DNA of 64,000 nucleotides from a virus: IMG/VR virus record IMGVR_UViG_3300044832_000053, positions 1 to 64,000 of that record; one strand, 5' to 3'. Shown piece by piece: positions 62,070 to 64,000 of this stretch (position 1 is its first letter; each line of letters starts with the position of its first letter). The notes under the pieces were generated by a model. It saw only the letters and a program-made list of their open reading frames with translations, ran no database searches and was not told where the DNA came from. The position numbers and the translations under genes were made by a program.

Positions 62070-62888
62070 TCATCCTTCCTCCCCGTCGCAGACCACCCAG
62101 GGCAGCCGGTTGCCGGGGGAGGGCCGCTTGTGCGGGTACAGCTCGCCGTCATCGTTGATGCCGACCTCCTGGGCGCAGCTCGGGCAGCGGTTGACAGTGA
62201 ACGAGCTGGTCGTGCCGGACCCCCCGCCGCCGCCCCCGCCAGGAAGCTCGTTGTGCTCGGGCAGCCCGATGTAGCGGGTCGTGTTTGCCTGCTGGCCCCG
62301 GTACCACCAGCCGTCCCGCTGATGCCACCAGAGGCCGTCCTCAAAACCCAGCACCCATTTCATGCCAAGGCCGTTGGTAATGAGCTGGCCAGGCGGCGGG
62401 TTCATGAACGCCCCGGGTGGCCTGCGCCTAATCTCCGTCTCCAGCCTGTCCAGGGTAGCGAGCCGGGCCATCTCCGCCCCCTCGGCTGCCTTGCGCTGGC
62501 AGGTGCCGCAGGGCTGGCGCTGGCTGGGCATCGGCGGCCTGCACCCGATCACCACCGGCTCGAAATCCGCCGGAAGCTGGTCGCCACAGCGCCAGCACAG
62601 CCAGGCCAGCGGCTCATCCCCGGGCAGCTCGTGCAGCCTGGAGACCGGCACCGCGTAGGCGTGGTTGCAGGCCGGGTGGGTGACCACCGGAAGCGGGGCC
62701 TGCGTGATCTGCGTGACCTGCTTAGCAGGCAGCCGGTGATGGCGCGGCCGGGGTCCCGCCAGCAGCAGGGCGGCAGCGAGCAGCGGGATCATCAGGAGGG
62801 GCATCAGGTGCGAGACCACCGGAATACCCACTGACAGGATCAGGACGGCCAGGACCATCCGCAGGTTCCCCGCTGTCGGCCTGGTCAC
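62070..62888 (-). CDS. Hypothetical membrane protein with Cys motifs
   Basis: Hydrophobic N-terminus; several CxxC. Confidence 0.5.
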   Translation of the reverse strand: MTRPTAGNLRMVLAVLILSVGIPVVSHLMPLLMIPLLAAALLLAGPRPRHHRLPAKQVTQITQAPLPVVTHPACNHAYAVPVSRLHELPGDEPLAWLCWRCGDQLPADFEPVVIGCRPPMPSQRQPCGTCQRKAAEGAEMARLATLDRLETEIRRRPPGAFMNPPPGQLITNGLGMKWVLGFEDGLWWHQRDGWWYRGQQANTTRYIGLPEHNELPGGGGGGGSGTTSSFTVNRCPSCAQEVGINDDGELYPHKRPSPGNRLPWVVCDGEEG

Positions 62889-63226
62889 GGGAGCAGCTCT
62901 ATCCGGTCAGCCTGGATCGCCTTCGGCTTGCCCGCGTCCAGCACGGTCCGCTTCTCGGCGTCCTCGCGCTCCCAGCGCTGGAAGACCCAGCCCAGGCACT
63001 CCCCATAGCTGTGCCCGTCCCTGATCAGCACGTTGATCATCCGGCCAGTCAGGTTCCACCCGGCCTCGTAGTTCTCCACCTCGGCCCGGAACTGGGCCCG
63101 GGACAGGCTCCGGGTCGCGTACAGCCGGTAATCGCCGCCCGCACTGCCCGGGGGCCGCCTGACGAACACCAGGATGGCCTCGGGGCTGAACTTGCCCGCG
63201 TCGGCCAGGCTCACCACCTCAGTCAT
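62885..63226 (-). CDS. Hypothetical protein
   Basis: GGAGG RBS. Confidence 0.6.
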   Translation of the reverse strand: MTEVVSLADAGKFSPEAILVFVRRPPGSAGGDYRLYATRSLSRAQFRAEVENYEAGWNLTGRMINVLIRDGHSYGECLGWVFQRWEREDAEKRTVLDAGKPKAIQADRIELLP

Positions 63227-63383
63227 CGATCTCCTCCCAGAGCCTGGTGCGGACCCGCCGCCGGGCCCGGGACGGCAGCGGCTCCTCGTTCTCAAACGGC
63301 GGGGGCCGGAACACCACCTCGAACTCAGGAGGCTTCCGGGGTTCCTCCTGCGGGCCGCTGGGCTCAGAAGGCACCCGGGTCAT
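63219..63383 (-). CDS. Small Pro-rich hypothetical protein
   Basis: ATGA overlap. Confidence 0.4.
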   Translation of the reverse strand: MTRVPSEPSGPQEEPRKPPEFEVVFRPPPFENEEPLPSRARRRVRTRLWEEIDD

Positions 63384-63514
63384 GACGTCTCCAGCACCGT
63401 GACGATCAGCAGGAACACGCCCCACAAGGCCACGGCGGCAGCCAGCGTGCCGCCGCAGACCAGCGCGATGATCACCGGGACCTTCCACCATGGCTCCTGG
63501 TCCGGCGTGGCCAT
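63380..63514 (-). CDS. Small membrane protein
   Basis: WWK then TM helix; coupled at both ends. Confidence 0.5.
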   Translation of the reverse strand: MATPDQEPWWKVPVIIALVCGGTLAAAVALWGVFLLIVTVLETS

Positions 63515-63813
63515 CAGAACGGGTCGCCGGAGTGATTGGCGCAGTGCGGCCAGAACGCGGCCCACGCCGCCGGGCTCCGGCCCCCGCCAGCCGCCATGAC
63601 CTCGCGGTACGCGGTATGCGAGCTGGACGGGCCTCCGAACAGCCAGCCCCTGGCAGCGCCGGGGATGAGCCAGTAGGCGTGGATCATCTGGGATGGGCTC
63701 AGCCCGAGCGCGGCCCCGGCCCGCGCGATGCGGGCCGCGCCGTGGGAGTTGCGTGCCTGCCAGCGGTTCTGGGTCCGGCGGCGCGGTTTTGCGATCCTGG
63801 TCGTGGCAGTCAC
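63514..63813 (-). CDS. Hypothetical basic protein
   Basis: GAAGGGA RBS; TGATG coupling. Confidence 0.5.
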   Translation of the reverse strand: MTATTRIAKPRRRTQNRWQARNSHGAARIARAGAALGLSPSQMIHAYWLIPGAARGWLFGGPSSSHTAYREVMAAGGGRSPAAWAAFWPHCANHSGDPF

Positions 63814-64000
63814 AGGAAATTCCCTTCTTTATCGGCCAGGTAAACCGAGTGGATGGGGCACCCGTCATGCGGGTTGGGGATCTCCTGCCCGCGCGCCCAC
63901 CAGGAGCGGCAGCAGCACAGCACGGCCTCGAACCGGCGGACCTGCTGGCGGTCCTCCATCATCAGCTCGTACCGGCGCTCCTCGAACGCCGCGAACTGGG

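Noticed and set aside
1-64000. Prophage boundaries, integrase, reverse transcriptase/DGR, inteins
   Set aside because: None recognised; lifestyle cannot be determined from this window

Overview
High-GC (roughly 70% by eye) tailed phage (siphovirus-like) segment, most likely infecting an actinobacterium. No host housekeeping genes, integrase, tRNA or CRISPR array were recognised. Layout: (1) 1-12.5 kb, + strand: replication/recombination and early accessory genes (family A DNA polymerase, RuvC-like resolvase, SNF2 helicase, NADAR, Cas4-like exonuclease, Sak4-like ATPase, DUF669-like protein with a long Q/P tail, vWA, DUF932). (2) 12.6-50.6 kb, - strand: virion and lysis operon with a Mu-like head module (terminase, DUF935 portal, MuF, protease/scaffold, capsid), tail genes, GH25 endolysin and holin. 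(3) 50.6-55.2 kb: cluster of mostly exported or cell-wall proteins. (4) 55.4-64 kb: small - strand genes. The most striking feature is an ~8.7-kb block between MuF and the head protease. Its proteins, including a 1751-aa multi-effector protein (kinase-like, ART-like, glycosylase-like and zeta-toxin domains), are punctuated by a repeated bipartite tag, [IV][ED]L[AS] followed by P-x-[EQ]-[LP]-R-x-x-x-G-x-W. The first half of the tag also recurs in the protease/scaffold. This suggests protease-processed, capsid-packaged effector cargo, possibly linked to MuF by a -1 frameshift. Family assignments come from motif recognition by eye, not database searches.
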